Under the pieces are notes generated by a model. That model was not told the DNA's origin. It worked only from the letters and a program-made list of their open reading frames with translations, and made no database searches. From a virus, in the IMG/VR virus record IMGVR_UViG_3300023174_000118, positions 1-64,000 of that record: 64,000 nt of DNA; one strand, 5' to 3'. The position numbers and the translations under genes were made by a program. Shown one piece after another: positions 35,131-45,938 of this stretch (position 1 is the stretch's first letter; every line of letters starts with the position of its first letter).

Positions 35131-38100
35131 TATATTGATCCTCCAACTGTTCTGCCTATTCCTTCTTTTGCATTAACTAATGCAAGCTCTTGCTTAAATC
35201 TTTTTACTACATCATCGGCAGTAACATTAGTTCCATTTAATGCAATACTAATATTATAACTATTATTGTTGTATGAACTATTTACTCCACCACGCATTCC
35301 AGTCACCTGTCCGCTGGCAATATTATATTTAGGCATAGTATCCGCATTTGGACGTATAATTCCACTCATCTGTGGAGTGAATGGTGTAAATCCTTCTTGT
35401 TGATACCCTAGAGGAGTAAGTCTATCATTTACAGCATAGGTTTGTCCAGCAACTACTGGTCCGCCTAAAGCTTTTTTAACTGCTCTGGATCTCATCCAGC
35501 CGTCTTCTCCTCTTTTAACTACGTAAGTTCTATCATCATAAGTAAAAGTATCGCCTTCTTTTAATTTATATTTATCAATAATGCGTTCTCTTGCTTCATC
35601 TGTAAGGTCTCCTTGAGTTGAGCCCTTAGCTGTCTTTTTTAAAGCGTCAAGATTAAAACCTTTATTAGCTGATAAAACATCTGCGGTTACAAGAGATTTT
35701 GTTGCTTTTGCACTTCCACCCATTGCTCGTACAACATCAGTTAAAGTTGAGCCACCCTTGATACTTTCAGCCATGGCTGCAAAGTTTGCTTTTGCTCCGC
35801 CTTGTATTTCTGTAACAAGTTTAGAAAATGCTTGATTGCCTTCTCCAGCGGCTGTTGGAACAAAAGTGGAACCCTGATAGCTTCCGCCTGCTGCCAGTTT
35901 TCCTTTATTTGTTTTTGAATCTACATATTCTGGGAATGCTTTTTGAACAACATCTGATGCTTTTTCAAGGCCAGCCACAACAGTCTGCAATCTTCCGTCT
36001 AATGATTTTTGGCCTTCTGCTTTTTTAACAGGGTCTTTTAAGTTATTATTTTCAATTTGATCAATTGCTAGTTGCGATAAAGCTGTCTTAACGGCATTAA
36101 TTTCTGATAACTGTTCTGCAAAAGTTTGTCCAGATTTATTATATTTATTAATAGTATCTTGCTGTTTATCTTTTTTAGCTTGATCATCATCAAGAAGTTT
36201 TTGTTGTGCAGCTTCTTCTTTTTTAGCATTTGCATCAATTTTATCTGATGCTTTTCTTAACTGAGTTTCTTTAGTTAACTGTTCTATAGATAGATTTGCT
36301 GCTTCGTAAGCATCTCTATCTCCACGAGCAAGGGCTGATTGTGCTTCTAACTGAAGCTTCTTTAATTCTAATTCTGTATTTTCTGCGCTTACAGAATCTG
36401 ATAGAGCTTTCTTTTTTGCATCAGCACGATCTCTAATTGCTTTAATTTCATCTTGAATTGCTTTTATTTTAGCCTTGTTAAAACCTGCTTCTGTTTTTTC
36501 AGCAGACTTTATAGCATTTTGACCATTTTTAATACTTGTTGTTAATTCATTAGTAGCTTTATTTGCAGTTCCCAAAGCACCTGCAGTATTTTTATTATCT
36601 ATTGCTGATGCTGCCGCCATGCTTAATGCTTCTTCATATGCAGCAATTCCCATTGCCTGCTCTGATGTTATATTTCTTAAATCAATATTAACCCCAGCAA
36701 GAACAACACGCCATTTAGCATATACTCCAGCAATAGTATCTGAGCTTTTAAGTATGCCTGCAAGCTCTGGTCTTTCTTTTTTCAAATGTTCTAGTCCTTT
36801 TTCCCCAATTTTTTCTCTATCTGCGCCTAACGATTTTAATTTTTCAAATTGAGTAATAAGTGCATCTGCTTGTGTTATTGTTTTTCCTTGTGCATCTTTT
36901 GTTCCTATTAAAGCAGTTGCTGCAGAATCAAGACTAGATATAACTGTATCTATGTTTGAAGCAAAAGCTTTAGAATCTACCTTATCAATTTCTTTAAGGC
37001 TACCTAATAGTGTATTAATTATTGATGTTGCAGCAGAACCTCTATCTGTAATTGCTTTAAATCCTGATGATGCAATAGCACCAAATCCCTGACCAACTTT
37101 ATTTGATGCTTCTATAATTGCATAAATTTTATTTGTTGCATCTTGTGCACTCATTCCAGCGGCAACAAATTGTGCCTTTAAGTTAACTGCAAGATCGGTA
37201 ACCTTAGAAGAATCAATACTATTAAATGTTCCTACTAATTCTGGCATTGTTTCTTTTGCTGTTTTCTTTAATTCTTTTAATTGAGCAATTGTTAGTGTAA
37301 GTCCACCTACTCCTGAAGGAGTCATTGAATCATATGCAGAAAGCCCAGCTTCTTTTTGAAGTTTTAATTGATCTCTAACGTCTTTAATAGAGTTTCCAAT
37401 ATTCTTATAACCTATACCTGCTTCTTTAGCACCCTTTTCGGTAATACCATTAAGCATAATATGCTCTCTGCGTGTGTCTTCAAGTGATTTTTGCCACATC
37501 TTGACGCCTTTGTACAAAAGTAACAATGTAGTAATTGCAGCGGCACCTGGAAGCATTCTTGTTAATAGACCTGCTGCTTTTCCAGCAAGACCTAATCCAT
37601 GTGTAAATAATCCAACACTCTTGTCTGCTCTACTAATTAATGGTATAATTTTTTGAAATGGCAACATTGGAAGAATAGTTGAAGCAGCAGTAATTGCAGT
37701 TCCTACTCCTCCACCAATACTTTGTCCTAACATTGATCCGCCCATCATTATTCCCATTTGAGTTCCCATGCCAAGGCCGCCGCCTTCTGGTCTGCTCATA
37801 AGACCTTTACCCAAATAACCTTTATCAGTCTGAGATTGAAATCCTGCTCTAAATCCTACTGGGCCACCACCTTCATTAAAGTATTGAACCATTCCACCTT
37901 TATTGTATCCTGGCACCATTCCACCATTTGCCATATAAACTGGTCCGCCATTTGCAAATCTTCTTCTTTGAGCAGCCCAACCTTTATGAACAAATCTTGA
38001 TTCTGTAGCAGTAATACCAGCAGTCATTAATCTTTTTAAAAGAGGAGCTGGAGTTGTTGCATGTGCAAAAAATCCTTGCGAACGTGTTGCCTTTAATGGA

Positions 38101-41100
38101 TCAAGTTCTATTGTTTTACCATTATGAGAAATTGATCGTAACTCCATACTAGGGCTACGCATCATATCGCCATTGCTTCTTCTATTTTCTGAAACTATAT
38201 AAGCTGGCTCAGATGAAAATTTATTCCAAAAACCTAAAGCGTCTGGGTTATTGTATAAATGTTTTTGTATTACCATATCTGATGCCTGATGATATGGATT
38301 TCTTGCGTCTGTTACAGTTGCAAGATTTCTAATTCCTCTTCTATAAATAGTGTCAATTTCTTTTTGTAAACCTTCAGCATCTTTTCCAGTAATAATTCCA
38401 GCTTTTGCTAAAGAGTTTAAAAACTGATCTGTTGATCCTACGTGTGGGTGTCCTGATGCTTTCATTGCAGCTTCATAAACTGGCGTTGGAACACCTGGTC
38501 TTCCAGCCAACAAAGCATTCAGCTTTTCTCTTGATATACGCCCATTCTCAACAAGATGTGGGTATTTTGCTAAGATTGCAGGATCTGTAACATCATTTAA
38601 ATATACTCCCGCTGTTCCTCTTAATCTGTATGAACCAATACTTCCTCTTCCTCTAAACCTATCTGGAAAAGTTGTTTGCATCTCTTGTTGTGTAACACCA
38701 GTTAATCTAGGAACAGTTACATCTTCATTTGCTCCCATTAAGGTTGCACCGCCATTTATTGCTTTAAGAAGAGGCATATTTTGTTTTGCAGCATCTGCAT
38801 TAACAACAAACTCTCCTTCTGTAAGCATTGCGGGAACTGTATCTGTACCCATTGGCGTAAACTCTGGGCCGTCACTTCCTTGTTGTCTATATACAACTCC
38901 ACCTGTTGCAAATCTTTTTGGAATTGTTGTCTCTGTGCTATATCCAGCGCCAAATGTTTTTACGCCTAGACCTCTTGCAATTTTATTAAGAAGATCTCTT
39001 GTTCTTCCTGGACGAAGAAGTTCTTTCATATTAGATTTTCCAGCATTATTTACTACTGGTTGATTTAATAGAGGAACTGTTGTTAGACCAATTGATCTTC
39101 CTTGTTGCCCCGCAATGTCTACTGATGCTTGTGCAATCATAGATTCTACTTGTGCATTTAATTGAATAATTTTAACTCTTGCCTGATCTACTGTTATTTT
39201 TCCTGCCTGTAATTGTGCAACAATTGCTGCTGATTCAACTGCCGCATTTGCTGTAAGCTTAGTCATTGTTGGAAGTAATGCTTGATATGAATCAGATAGC
39301 GATGCTGTTATTAATCCAGTGCTGGCAACTTCTTTTTTAAGTAATGCAATTTCTGCTTGTGATTGCATTGCAAGTGCGCCTGTCATTGCATGCCACTTTG
39401 CTGCTTCTGCCGCAACAATACCTGTTGATGCTCCGTTTACTGAAGTCAACCCTGGAATCTTTGGAAGATCATCAGCCATATACATCTGAGGATTATTTCC
39501 AATCTTTTGATTGACTTTTGGTGCACCTGGAACTACTCCAAAAATTGTTTGTGCGGCTTTTTGATCACTTGTCATACCTGCAACTGGATTAAGATGAGAC
39601 ATTGATCTAGTGTCTTGTGGACTGATTAATGGGTGGCTTGGATTAACAACTCTTTCTCCACTGCCCTTAACAATATTTCCAGCCACCGTTGAAATTGCTG
39701 GTGCAACAGATACTGCACCTGTCATTGCTTTAGACTGTAAGATTTCAAATTCTGTTACAAGTCCTGCAATTGCCGTCTTTAATACTGTGGCTGCTTTAGC
39801 ATCACTATAAAATGTTGCTTCAACTAATGATCCAGCTTTTTGTGCCGCCAAAATTTCTGGAGTAAGCATTTTCCAGCCTTCTCCACCTTTAAATAATGAT
39901 TTAAAGTGTGAGGCGCCCTTAATAATATATCCAAAGAAGTTTGCAAGCACACCAGTTAGCATAATAACTGGTCCAATAATTGCTGTTAAGCCTGTAACAA
40001 AAGTTAGAATAGTTTTAATAGGAGCTGGCAATTTATTAATAAACTTAAGAATACCATCAGTAACATTAATAAAAAATGTTTGTACTTTTAAAAATTCTTC
40101 TCCCATACTTGCTAAATCTGCTTTTAGTCCTTCAAGAGCTCTTCTATATTTTCCAGATGCTGATTCTGTAACCATACTTAATTCTCGACCCGCCACACCA
40201 GCTAATTCTGCTGAACTTGCTTTCATTAAATCTAATACTTGTAAAGTCTGACTTCCTTGCTTACCTAAGTTTGCAAATAAAGCATTCATACGAGCAAATT
40301 GAAATTTACCAAATAGTTGCTCAATTGCTTGTTGTTTTTGTAATGGATCTAAATTATCTAAAGCTTTTTGTAATTCTAATATTGTTCCTGTAAGATTTCC
40401 TGCATTTTTAGTTACAATTCCACCAAGATCAATGCCCATAGATGCAAACTTTTCTGATGCTACTTTTGTTGGATTAATTAATGAAGCAAGTGCTGATTTA
40501 AGAGCATTTGCTCCTTCTGCAGCATTTACTCCACCTTCTTTCATTGCTGTTAAATATAATGCTAAATCTTTTACACTTCCGCCCATGCCTTGAATAACTG
40601 GGCCTGCTTTTGGAATTGCTTCAATAAGATCAGCAAGACTTGTTGATGTCTGGTTTTCAACTGCGTTAAGAAAGTTAATAGATTCTGAAAGTTGATCTGT
40701 ATTTTGTTTAAATGTGTTTTGAATTGCCAGGGTTGCTTTCATTGCATCTTGTCTGTCAACTTCTCCAAGTACTGCAAGTCTACTTGTTTCTTTAACAGAA
40801 TTTAGTAAATCGTTACCTTGCTTACCTGTTGCTGCAATATCTGCAGCAAGAGTGATGGTATCTTTAAAAGATACGCCATACGTTTTTGAAATATCTTTTG
40901 CTGTTGCAGAAACTTCATTTCTAACTTTGCTTAATTCTGTTGCTGATGTTGCTGCAATTCCACCATAAACTTTTGTAAGTCTTGTTAATTCAGCATCTGC
41001 TTCTCTAAAAGCTTTTGATGCTGCTGTACCAAAAGCTGCTAATGGGACTGTAAGACCTACTGTTAGTTGACGTCCTGCCCACTGAGTATTTTTACCCCAG

Positions 41101-41621
41101 TTAATCATTTGAACTCCACCATCTTGAATAACTTTATTCATGATCTGAAGTTCTTGTTTAGCAAGAGCAGTTTTATTTTTTATAGAATCAAGACCCTGTG
41201 GAATATGTACGCTATATTGCATAAGACCTTGAGCATTTTTGCCCATAGGCTGTATAATTGCATTTTGTAAAGCCACTTGCTGTTTAGCAAGTTCTCTAAT
41301 TAATCCACCTTGAGTTTTTGTATGCTGTTGAAATGTCTGAAAATATTGCTTCAGTTTCATTTGGCCCTTGTCTAGGTTGGTACCAAACTTTTCAACATCC
41401 GATGTTAAAGTAACAAAGTGTGTTGCAAACTGTCCAGTTCTTCTTAGGTTTTCGCCAAAAGATCTGTTCATCGTAGCAACTTGACTTGCAAGTCTTGCGT
41501 CCGATTGAATTATTTGTGCTTGAAGTTTTGATAGAGAGGCTGCAACCTTATTGACATCTGCAATAAGACCTGAGAAATCTGCATTAGCAACTATATTAGT
41601 TACAATATTTTCATCAGCCAT
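35130..41621 (-). CDS. tape measure protein
   Basis: 2163 aa, Ala/Gly/Lys-rich helical; TP901-like core region; downstream of tail chaperones. Confidence 0.95.
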   Translation of the reverse strand: MADENIVTNIVANADFSGLIADVNKVAASLSKLQAQIIQSDARLASQVATMNRSFGENLRRTGQFATHFVTLTSDVEKFGTNLDKGQMKLKQYFQTFQQHTKTQGGLIRELAKQQVALQNAIIQPMGKNAQGLMQYSVHIPQGLDSIKNKTALAKQELQIMNKVIQDGGVQMINWGKNTQWAGRQLTVGLTVPLAAFGTAASKAFREADAELTRLTKVYGGIAATSATELSKVRNEVSATAKDISKTYGVSFKDTITLAADIAATGKQGNDLLNSVKETSRLAVLGEVDRQDAMKATLAIQNTFKQNTDQLSESINFLNAVENQTSTSLADLIEAIPKAGPVIQGMGGSVKDLALYLTAMKEGGVNAAEGANALKSALASLINPTKVASEKFASMGIDLGGIVTKNAGNLTGTILELQKALDNLDPLQKQQAIEQLFGKFQFARMNALFANLGKQGSQTLQVLDLMKASSAELAGVAGRELSMVTESASGKYRRALEGLKADLASMGEEFLKVQTFFINVTDGILKFINKLPAPIKTILTFVTGLTAIIGPVIMLTGVLANFFGYIIKGASHFKSLFKGGEGWKMLTPEILAAQKAGSLVEATFYSDAKAATVLKTAIAGLVTEFEILQSKAMTGAVSVAPAISTVAGNIVKGSGERVVNPSHPLISPQDTRSMSHLNPVAGMTSDQKAAQTIFGVVPGAPKVNQKIGNNPQMYMADDLPKIPGLTSVNGASTGIVAAEAAKWHAMTGALAMQSQAEIALLKKEVASTGLITASLSDSYQALLPTMTKLTANAAVESAAIVAQLQAGKITVDQARVKIIQLNAQVESMIAQASVDIAGQQGRSIGLTTVPLLNQPVVNNAGKSNMKELLRPGRTRDLLNKIARGLGVKTFGAGYSTETTIPKRFATGGVVYRQQGSDGPEFTPMGTDTVPAMLTEGEFVVNADAAKQNMPLLKAINGGATLMGANEDVTVPRLTGVTQQEMQTTFPDRFRGRGSIGSYRLRGTAGVYLNDVTDPAILAKYPHLVENGRISREKLNALLAGRPGVPTPVYEAAMKASGHPHVGSTDQFLNSLAKAGIITGKDAEGLQKEIDTIYRRGIRNLATVTDARNPYHQASDMVIQKHLYNNPDALGFWNKFSSEPAYIVSENRRSNGDMMRSPSMELRSISHNGKTIELDPLKATRSQGFFAHATTPAPLLKRLMTAGITATESRFVHKGWAAQRRRFANGGPVYMANGGMVPGYNKGGMVQYFNEGGGPVGFRAGFQSQTDKGYLGKGLMSRPEGGGLGMGTQMGIMMGGSMLGQSIGGGVGTAITAASTILPMLPFQKIIPLISRADKSVGLFTHGLGLAGKAAGLLTRMLPGAAAITTLLLLYKGVKMWQKSLEDTRREHIMLNGITEKGAKEAGIGYKNIGNSIKDVRDQLKLQKEAGLSAYDSMTPSGVGGLTLTIAQLKELKKTAKETMPELVGTFNSIDSSKVTDLAVNLKAQFVAAGMSAQDATNKIYAIIEASNKVGQGFGAIASSGFKAITDRGSAATSIINTLLGSLKEIDKVDSKAFASNIDTVISSLDSAATALIGTKDAQGKTITQADALITQFEKLKSLGADREKIGEKGLEHLKKERPELAGILKSSDTIAGVYAKWRVVLAGVNIDLRNITSEQAMGIAAYEEALSMAAASAIDNKNTAGALGTANKATNELTTSIKNGQNAIKSAEKTEAGFNKAKIKAIQDEIKAIRDRADAKKKALSDSVSAENTELELKKLQLEAQSALARGDRDAYEAANLSIEQLTKETQLRKASDKIDANAKKEEAAQQKLLDDDQAKKDKQQDTINKYNKSGQTFAEQLSEINAVKTALSQLAIDQIENNNLKDPVKKAEGQKSLDGRLQTVVAGLEKASDVVQKAFPEYVDSKTNKGKLAAGGSYQGSTFVPTAAGEGNQAFSKLVTEIQGGAKANFAAMAESIKGGSTLTDVVRAMGGSAKATKSLVTADVLSANKGFNLDALKKTAKGSTQGDLTDEARERIIDKYKLKEGDTFTYDDRTYVVKRGEDGWMRSRAVKKALGGPVVAGQTYAVNDRLTPLGYQQEGFTPFTPQMSGIIRPNADTMPKYNIASGQVTGMRGGVNSSYNNNSYNISIALNGTNVTADDVVKRFKQELALVNAKEGIGRTVGGSI

Positions 41622-41632
41622 TTATCTTTATG

Positions 41633-42300
41633 TTACTCCTCTGTATAGCCTAGACCTGCTCCAATTCCAAACCCTGCTTGTGCTGCAAAGCTTCCCTGAA
41701 GAGAAACTATATCATCACCTGAAGCTTTTATACCAAGAGCTTGTCTCTGTACATCTTCAAAAGTTTTTCCTTGTGGTGCTGCGTCTTCCTCATCTACATC
41801 TAAATCTATTCCTTTAAGACTTGCCGTAAACTTTCTGTCTTCCGACTTTTGTTTCTTAAAAGATTTCAATGTTTGAATAAGTTCTGGCATTGAAAGACTT
41901 TCTTCTAGTTCTTCGTAATTCTTCCAGTGACCCAGAAGAAATACTTCACCCTCTAAAGCGGCTAAATCTAGTTCTGACCAGCCAGAACCGCTGCCGCTAG
42001 AAGGTTTGGGTCGTCCATCTTAATCCCACCACATACTTCAAGTATGCGATTAATTGTGGGGACGTCAAGTGCATCTTCTAGTGCATCTCTATCTGCTACC
42101 AATTCTGGTAGTTGTTTTTCAAGTGCTACTGCAACTGCGTCAATTAATACGTTGAGTGTTTGCGCCTCTGTAGTTGAATCGCTTGCTGCTTGTAGTACGA
42201 GCATAAACTTTCTTAGCTCTTTGATGCTTAGGGGCTTCAACTTAACTGTTGAGCCATTCTGAAGCGTTACTTCTTCTACGCTATATACTGTTGTTGCCAA
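41633..42300 (-). CDS. tail assembly chaperone, frameshifted long form (gpGT-like)
   Basis: The -1 frame is open from the C CCA AAC site through SGWSELDLAALEGEVFLLGHWKNYEELEESLSMPEL to the stop at 41633. Confidence 0.8.
41968..42300 (-). CDS. tail assembly chaperone, short form (gpG-like)
   Basis: TTG start with GGAGG SD; between major tail and TMP. Confidence 0.85.
   Translation of the reverse strand: MATTVYSVEEVTLQNGSTVKLKPLSIKELRKFMLVLQAASDSTTEAQTLNVLIDAVAVALEKQLPELVADRDALEDALDVPTINRILEVCGGIKMDDPNLLAAAVLAGQN
42004..42010 (-). other. -1 programmed ribosomal frameshift slippery site C CCA AAC
   Basis: X XXY YYZ heptamer in the correct frame near the end of the chaperone gene. Confidence 0.8.
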
Positions 42301-42361
42301 TTTAATCCTCCTAGGATCTAGTCTCAATTATTATAACATATAGGCATTATCTATACAAATG

Positions 42362-42386
42362 GAAAGCCCCCAGTTTCCTGGGGGCT
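42362..42386 (-). terminator. intrinsic terminator after the major tail gene
   Basis: AGCCCCCAG-GAAA-CUGGGGGCU followed by a short U-rich tail. Confidence 0.75.
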
Positions 42387-42407
42387 CTCATTAATAAATT
42401 AAATTTA

Positions 42408-43124
42408 TTATGATGATACTGTTAGTACACGGTCAATAATCTTACCGTATTCTGAGCCAGAGTAGTTAGCATCTGGGAGAAGACGGAAAGTCACTGGGAA
42501 TGTAGTTGGAGTAGTACGTGCAAGAGAGTGCTGTGACTGTTGTACAGACAAAACACGACGTGCATAATATATACGCTCTGCGGTTGCTGTAGTGCCAGCT
42601 GTTGGAGCTTGTCCAATTGCAATTAATTGACGCTCTGTTGGAGCTTGTCCCAAAGAACCTGCTTCAATTTTAATTGTATCAACCTTGCTTGTTCCAGTAC
42701 CTGTTGTTGATAGTGATGTTGCAGATTGTCCGAATACGGTTACAATGTTTTCTAAAGTACCTTCTGACATTTCTGTTGCAATCATAACTTCCATTGCAGA
42801 CTTGAACAGCTTAGCTGTATCAAGTAGCTGATCAACAGTTACTGAGTCGTATGTTGGGTTATATGTAATCTGAAGACCGTTGTTAGTAAAACCAACGTTA
42901 CGATATCCAAATAATCCTGATGTTTGATCTACACCATTAAGTGTAGTTGTGTATGAAACTCCAGTTGAAAAAGCTGGAACTGCTACGTTTTTTGCGCTGG
43001 AAGCAAGGCCTGCGCCTGGCTCAACATTTGAGATGTAATCTGAATCATTAATGTCAACGTTCGACAAAAACAATGGAGATGCACCAACTAAAATGTTTTT
43101 AGCATTACCTACGGATTGTGCCAT
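42408..43124 (-). CDS. major tail (tube) protein
   Basis: NILVGA, VGFTNNGLQITY.P...VTVDQ and FPVTFRLLPD motifs; strong AGGAGG SD; position. Confidence 0.85.
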   Translation of the reverse strand: MAQSVGNAKNILVGASPLFLSNVDINDSDYISNVEPGAGLASSAKNVAVPAFSTGVSYTTTLNGVDQTSGLFGYRNVGFTNNGLQITYNPTYDSVTVDQLLDTAKLFKSAMEVMIATEMSEGTLENIVTVFGQSATSLSTTGTGTSKVDTIKIEAGSLGQAPTERQLIAIGQAPTAGTTATAERIYYARRVLSVQQSQHSLARTTPTTFPVTFRLLPDANYSGSEYGKIIDRVLTVSS

Positions 43125-43241
43125 AGTTATTTTCCTCCTATTTATAAAAATATATATATATTGTTGTAAATCATTAAATCTTGGCTGGCTAGGCCCTTCC
43201 CTCTATGTATAATAATAGAGTATAATGCCCCCAAAGGCAAA

Positions 43242-43751
43242 CTAAAGAAATCTGCCTGTTGTGTTTAGATGTCTTGCGTATTTAACCTCAAGGATTACAT
43301 CGGTAGACAAAAACCCTGCTAATTCTTCAGATGGGGCTGTTGGAGAAATATCGGCTATAAATATGCTAAAGAATTTGAACTTCTTTGATATGCCAGAATA
43401 GGCATTTGCATCTCTAGCCGAATCATCCATTCTTCTAAACAGGTCTGTCATCAAGTTTCTAATCTCATTTATTTCTGAAACATCTGTTGAATATATAGTA
43501 AACAAAATCTGCTCACAGCAGATTGCCCAGTTGTCCTCATATGATAGCCCTATCTTGTCATAGACTATATGTTTCTTCCCGCTCAAAAATTGATTCATTT
43601 CTGGAGACTGCTGAACAGGTATGATTGGAATAATCTCTTGCCCTATATTATCTGAATAGTAGTCGGTAGATTTAAAAATGCTATTAGCCGTTAATTCAGA
43701 CCAAAGGTACTTTCTTAAATCAACCATTATGTCTGCCTTATAATCTGTCAT
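43242..43751 (-). CDS. tail terminator / tail completion protein
   Basis: Position immediately upstream of major tail; 169 aa. Confidence 0.55.
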   Translation of the reverse strand: MTDYKADIMVDLRKYLWSELTANSIFKSTDYYSDNIGQEIIPIIPVQQSPEMNQFLSGKKHIVYDKIGLSYEDNWAICCEQILFTIYSTDVSEINEIRNLMTDLFRRMDDSARDANAYSGISKKFKFFSIFIADISPTAPSEELAGFLSTDVILEVKYARHLNTTGRFL

Positions 43752-44530
43752 ACCACACCTCCAAATGCTGAAGCAATTGCTGATTCTGCATGCATATTTA
43801 ATGTGTTAGCATTAAATGAATATTTAACCTTTTTAATATCTGATGGAAGTTTCATTGATTTAGTTAATGATGAATTAAATATTTGTTGAAAACCTGATTT
43901 TTTAATTGATAAGTTTATTAAATTACCTGTAAAAAATTGTGCATATGCTATTTTGAACCTTCCAGTCGCTTTGCCTCCACCAGGCCTTGTAACGGTCACA
44001 GAGGCTCCTTTAGGCATATATACTACTCCAGTACTAGTTTCAAATACTAATCGCTCTGCGAACCTAGGACGGATTACTAGAGGCACTCCAGCTTCCATCA
44101 CAGACGCTTTATTAATAAATACGTGTCTTTTATTTCCAAAGTTACTTGGAACAACAGATTTAGAAGGCAAAAAATCAGATGTAATCTTAAATGAAAGTCC
44201 ATCTGTAGATAGCACTTTTAGCTTAAATAGTCTTGCGCTTTTATTGCCAGTCTTTTTCCACTCATATACATGATGCAAAGATTTAGGATTTGTTCTTGAT
44301 TTTGAATCTATATATAAGCCAAAGTCTTGTTCTATTTGTTTAAATATTACAGACTGAAATTTTTTTTGAAATTGTTTATTTGTTGTAATTTTAGAAATAA
44401 CCTGTGCCTGATAATATATTGCTGCTGATATTTGAGCAACTGTACTATCTTTTAAAACGCTGCCAGAGGTGCCAGCCATGCCTTTTTGTAGTCCGCTGGC
44501 TGCTGTAACTAATAATGAGCTATTGTCCAA
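43748..44530 (-). CDS. neck/tail completion protein (basic)
   Basis: Position in the head-tail gene run; LHHVYEW motif. Confidence 0.55.
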   Translation of the reverse strand: MDNSSLLVTAASGLQKGMAGTSGSVLKDSTVAQISAAIYYQAQVISKITTNKQFQKKFQSVIFKQIEQDFGLYIDSKSRTNPKSLHHVYEWKKTGNKSARLFKLKVLSTDGLSFKITSDFLPSKSVVPSNFGNKRHVFINKASVMEAGVPLVIRPRFAERLVFETSTGVVYMPKGASVTVTRPGGGKATGRFKIAYAQFFTGNLINLSIKKSGFQQIFNSSLTKSMKLPSDIKKVKYSFNANTLNMHAESAIASAFGGVV

Positions 44531-44948
44531 TTGTCTGATTTTCCGATCTCTTGACGGTAGAGTTATATCCTAATATTCCGCCTAGCGGATCCGTCATTGG
44601 AGTTACTCCCATTACCTCAAATACTGTAGGGGTATTACTAGGAAAATTTAATTCTTCCCAGATAACTGTTCCTTCTGAGTCTCTAATGTTTGTTATTTTT
44701 TCTCTTAGTATAATTTTTTCTGATGTTCTAATTTGTAGCATTTGCTCATTAACATATTTGTTAGACAATGTTTGTCTATCGCTAGTTCTGCTTGAGGCAG
44801 AGTTACTTATAACACCTTTTGCACTGCAAGGTACGGTCCTATCAAATTGCCATTCTTTTTTTATTGAGCCTGTGTCTGCATCTTGTAAATCAGATTGCTT
44901 GTAGACATCCATATACATAGACAAAATAGAGTCAACAAGATCATACAT
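44520..44948 (-). CDS. head closure / stopper protein
   Basis: Position, size and beta-rich pattern (DTGSIKKEW...VFEVMGVTP). Confidence 0.6.
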   Translation of the reverse strand: MYDLVDSILSMYMDVYKQSDLQDADTGSIKKEWQFDRTVPCSAKGVISNSASSRTSDRQTLSNKYVNEQMLQIRTSEKIILREKITNIRDSEGTVIWEELNFPSNTPTVFEVMGVTPMTDPLGGILGYNSTVKRSENQTIGQ

Positions 44949-45928
44949 TAGATTACAACCATCTTGTTGATAACATATGGAAGAAGTAATTGATCTGCAT
45001 AGAGATTACCAGTTCCTGAATATGTACCAGAATTGTACTCGAATTTCCAGTCAAATGTCTGTATTGACTTCATATACTTATTACGCCAAACTTTATCTTT
45101 TGAAAAATAATCTTTCATTAATTCAATACAGGCAAGATCAACTTCATCAGGAACTTCTTCCCAGCCAAATCTACCTTGTACTCTATAGGTTATTCCATTT
45201 GCAAATACTCCGTTATAGGTATCATTCATTGGAGGAGGAACCATTCCATTTGCTGTATACACTGTATTGTCAAGCATATTAGCTCTATTAATTCTTATTC
45301 CAAATCCACTTTCTGAAATAATTGTATTATAGTTCCAGTTACTGACATTAGTTAAATTATTTAAAAGCAGTATATCATTCATATATAACTCATGAAGTTC
45401 TGCTAACTTATAAGGTAAAGGCAAAACGTCAGAACCTGATCCATATGCTATTTGAACATCGTCATACAAATAGAACTGTTGCTGAGTATATGCTTCAATT
45501 AATTTTCTGGCATATCTTTCAGCATTACACAATTCAAAATATGATTTAGAATTAGGGTCAGAATAATCAGACCCTAATCCCAAAGCATCAATTGCTTGAC
45601 TCATATCTGTATATGGAGTTTGCACGTAAACCTTATGGCTTTTTTCTGTAGATACTGAGCCAACTGTGTATGACCAATTTAGTCTAAGCTGTCTCTGTCT
45701 TGTGGTATATGATACTGGAATATATACTACGTATGTACCCGCATCTACTTCCGACTTTATTGCCGTTAATGTTGCAAGTATTGTTCCAGGGTTAATAGGT
45801 GGAGATATTGCTGGATCTTCTGTAATGTCATATAGCCGAACAACTGGAAGACTATCTGAGTCAGTTAGCTTTCCTTGCCAAAACACTTTATGTGTTACTG
45901 GTGAATTTGAACCTACTAGAATTTCCAT
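44948..45928 (-). CDS. head-tail adaptor with N-terminal Ig-like domain
   Basis: ARKLIEAYTQQQF...GRFGWEEVPDEVDLA...ADQLLLPY adaptor-like motifs. Confidence 0.7.
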   Translation of the reverse strand: MEILVGSNSPVTHKVFWQGKLTDSDSLPVVRLYDITEDPAISPPINPGTILATLTAIKSEVDAGTYVVYIPVSYTTRQRQLRLNWSYTVGSVSTEKSHKVYVQTPYTDMSQAIDALGLGSDYSDPNSKSYFELCNAERYARKLIEAYTQQQFYLYDDVQIAYGSGSDVLPLPYKLAELHELYMNDILLLNNLTNVSNWNYNTIISESGFGIRINRANMLDNTVYTANGMVPPPMNDTYNGVFANGITYRVQGRFGWEEVPDEVDLACIELMKDYFSKDKVWRNKYMKSIQTFDWKFEYNSGTYSGTGNLYADQLLLPYVINKMVVI

Positions 45929-45938
45929 TTAATAAAGG

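Noticed and set aside
43125-43241. Structured leader of the major tail gene (GAGGAAGGGCCTAGCCAGCC, AT dinucleotide run)
   Set aside because: Only 3-bp stems found; insufficient support without an alignment
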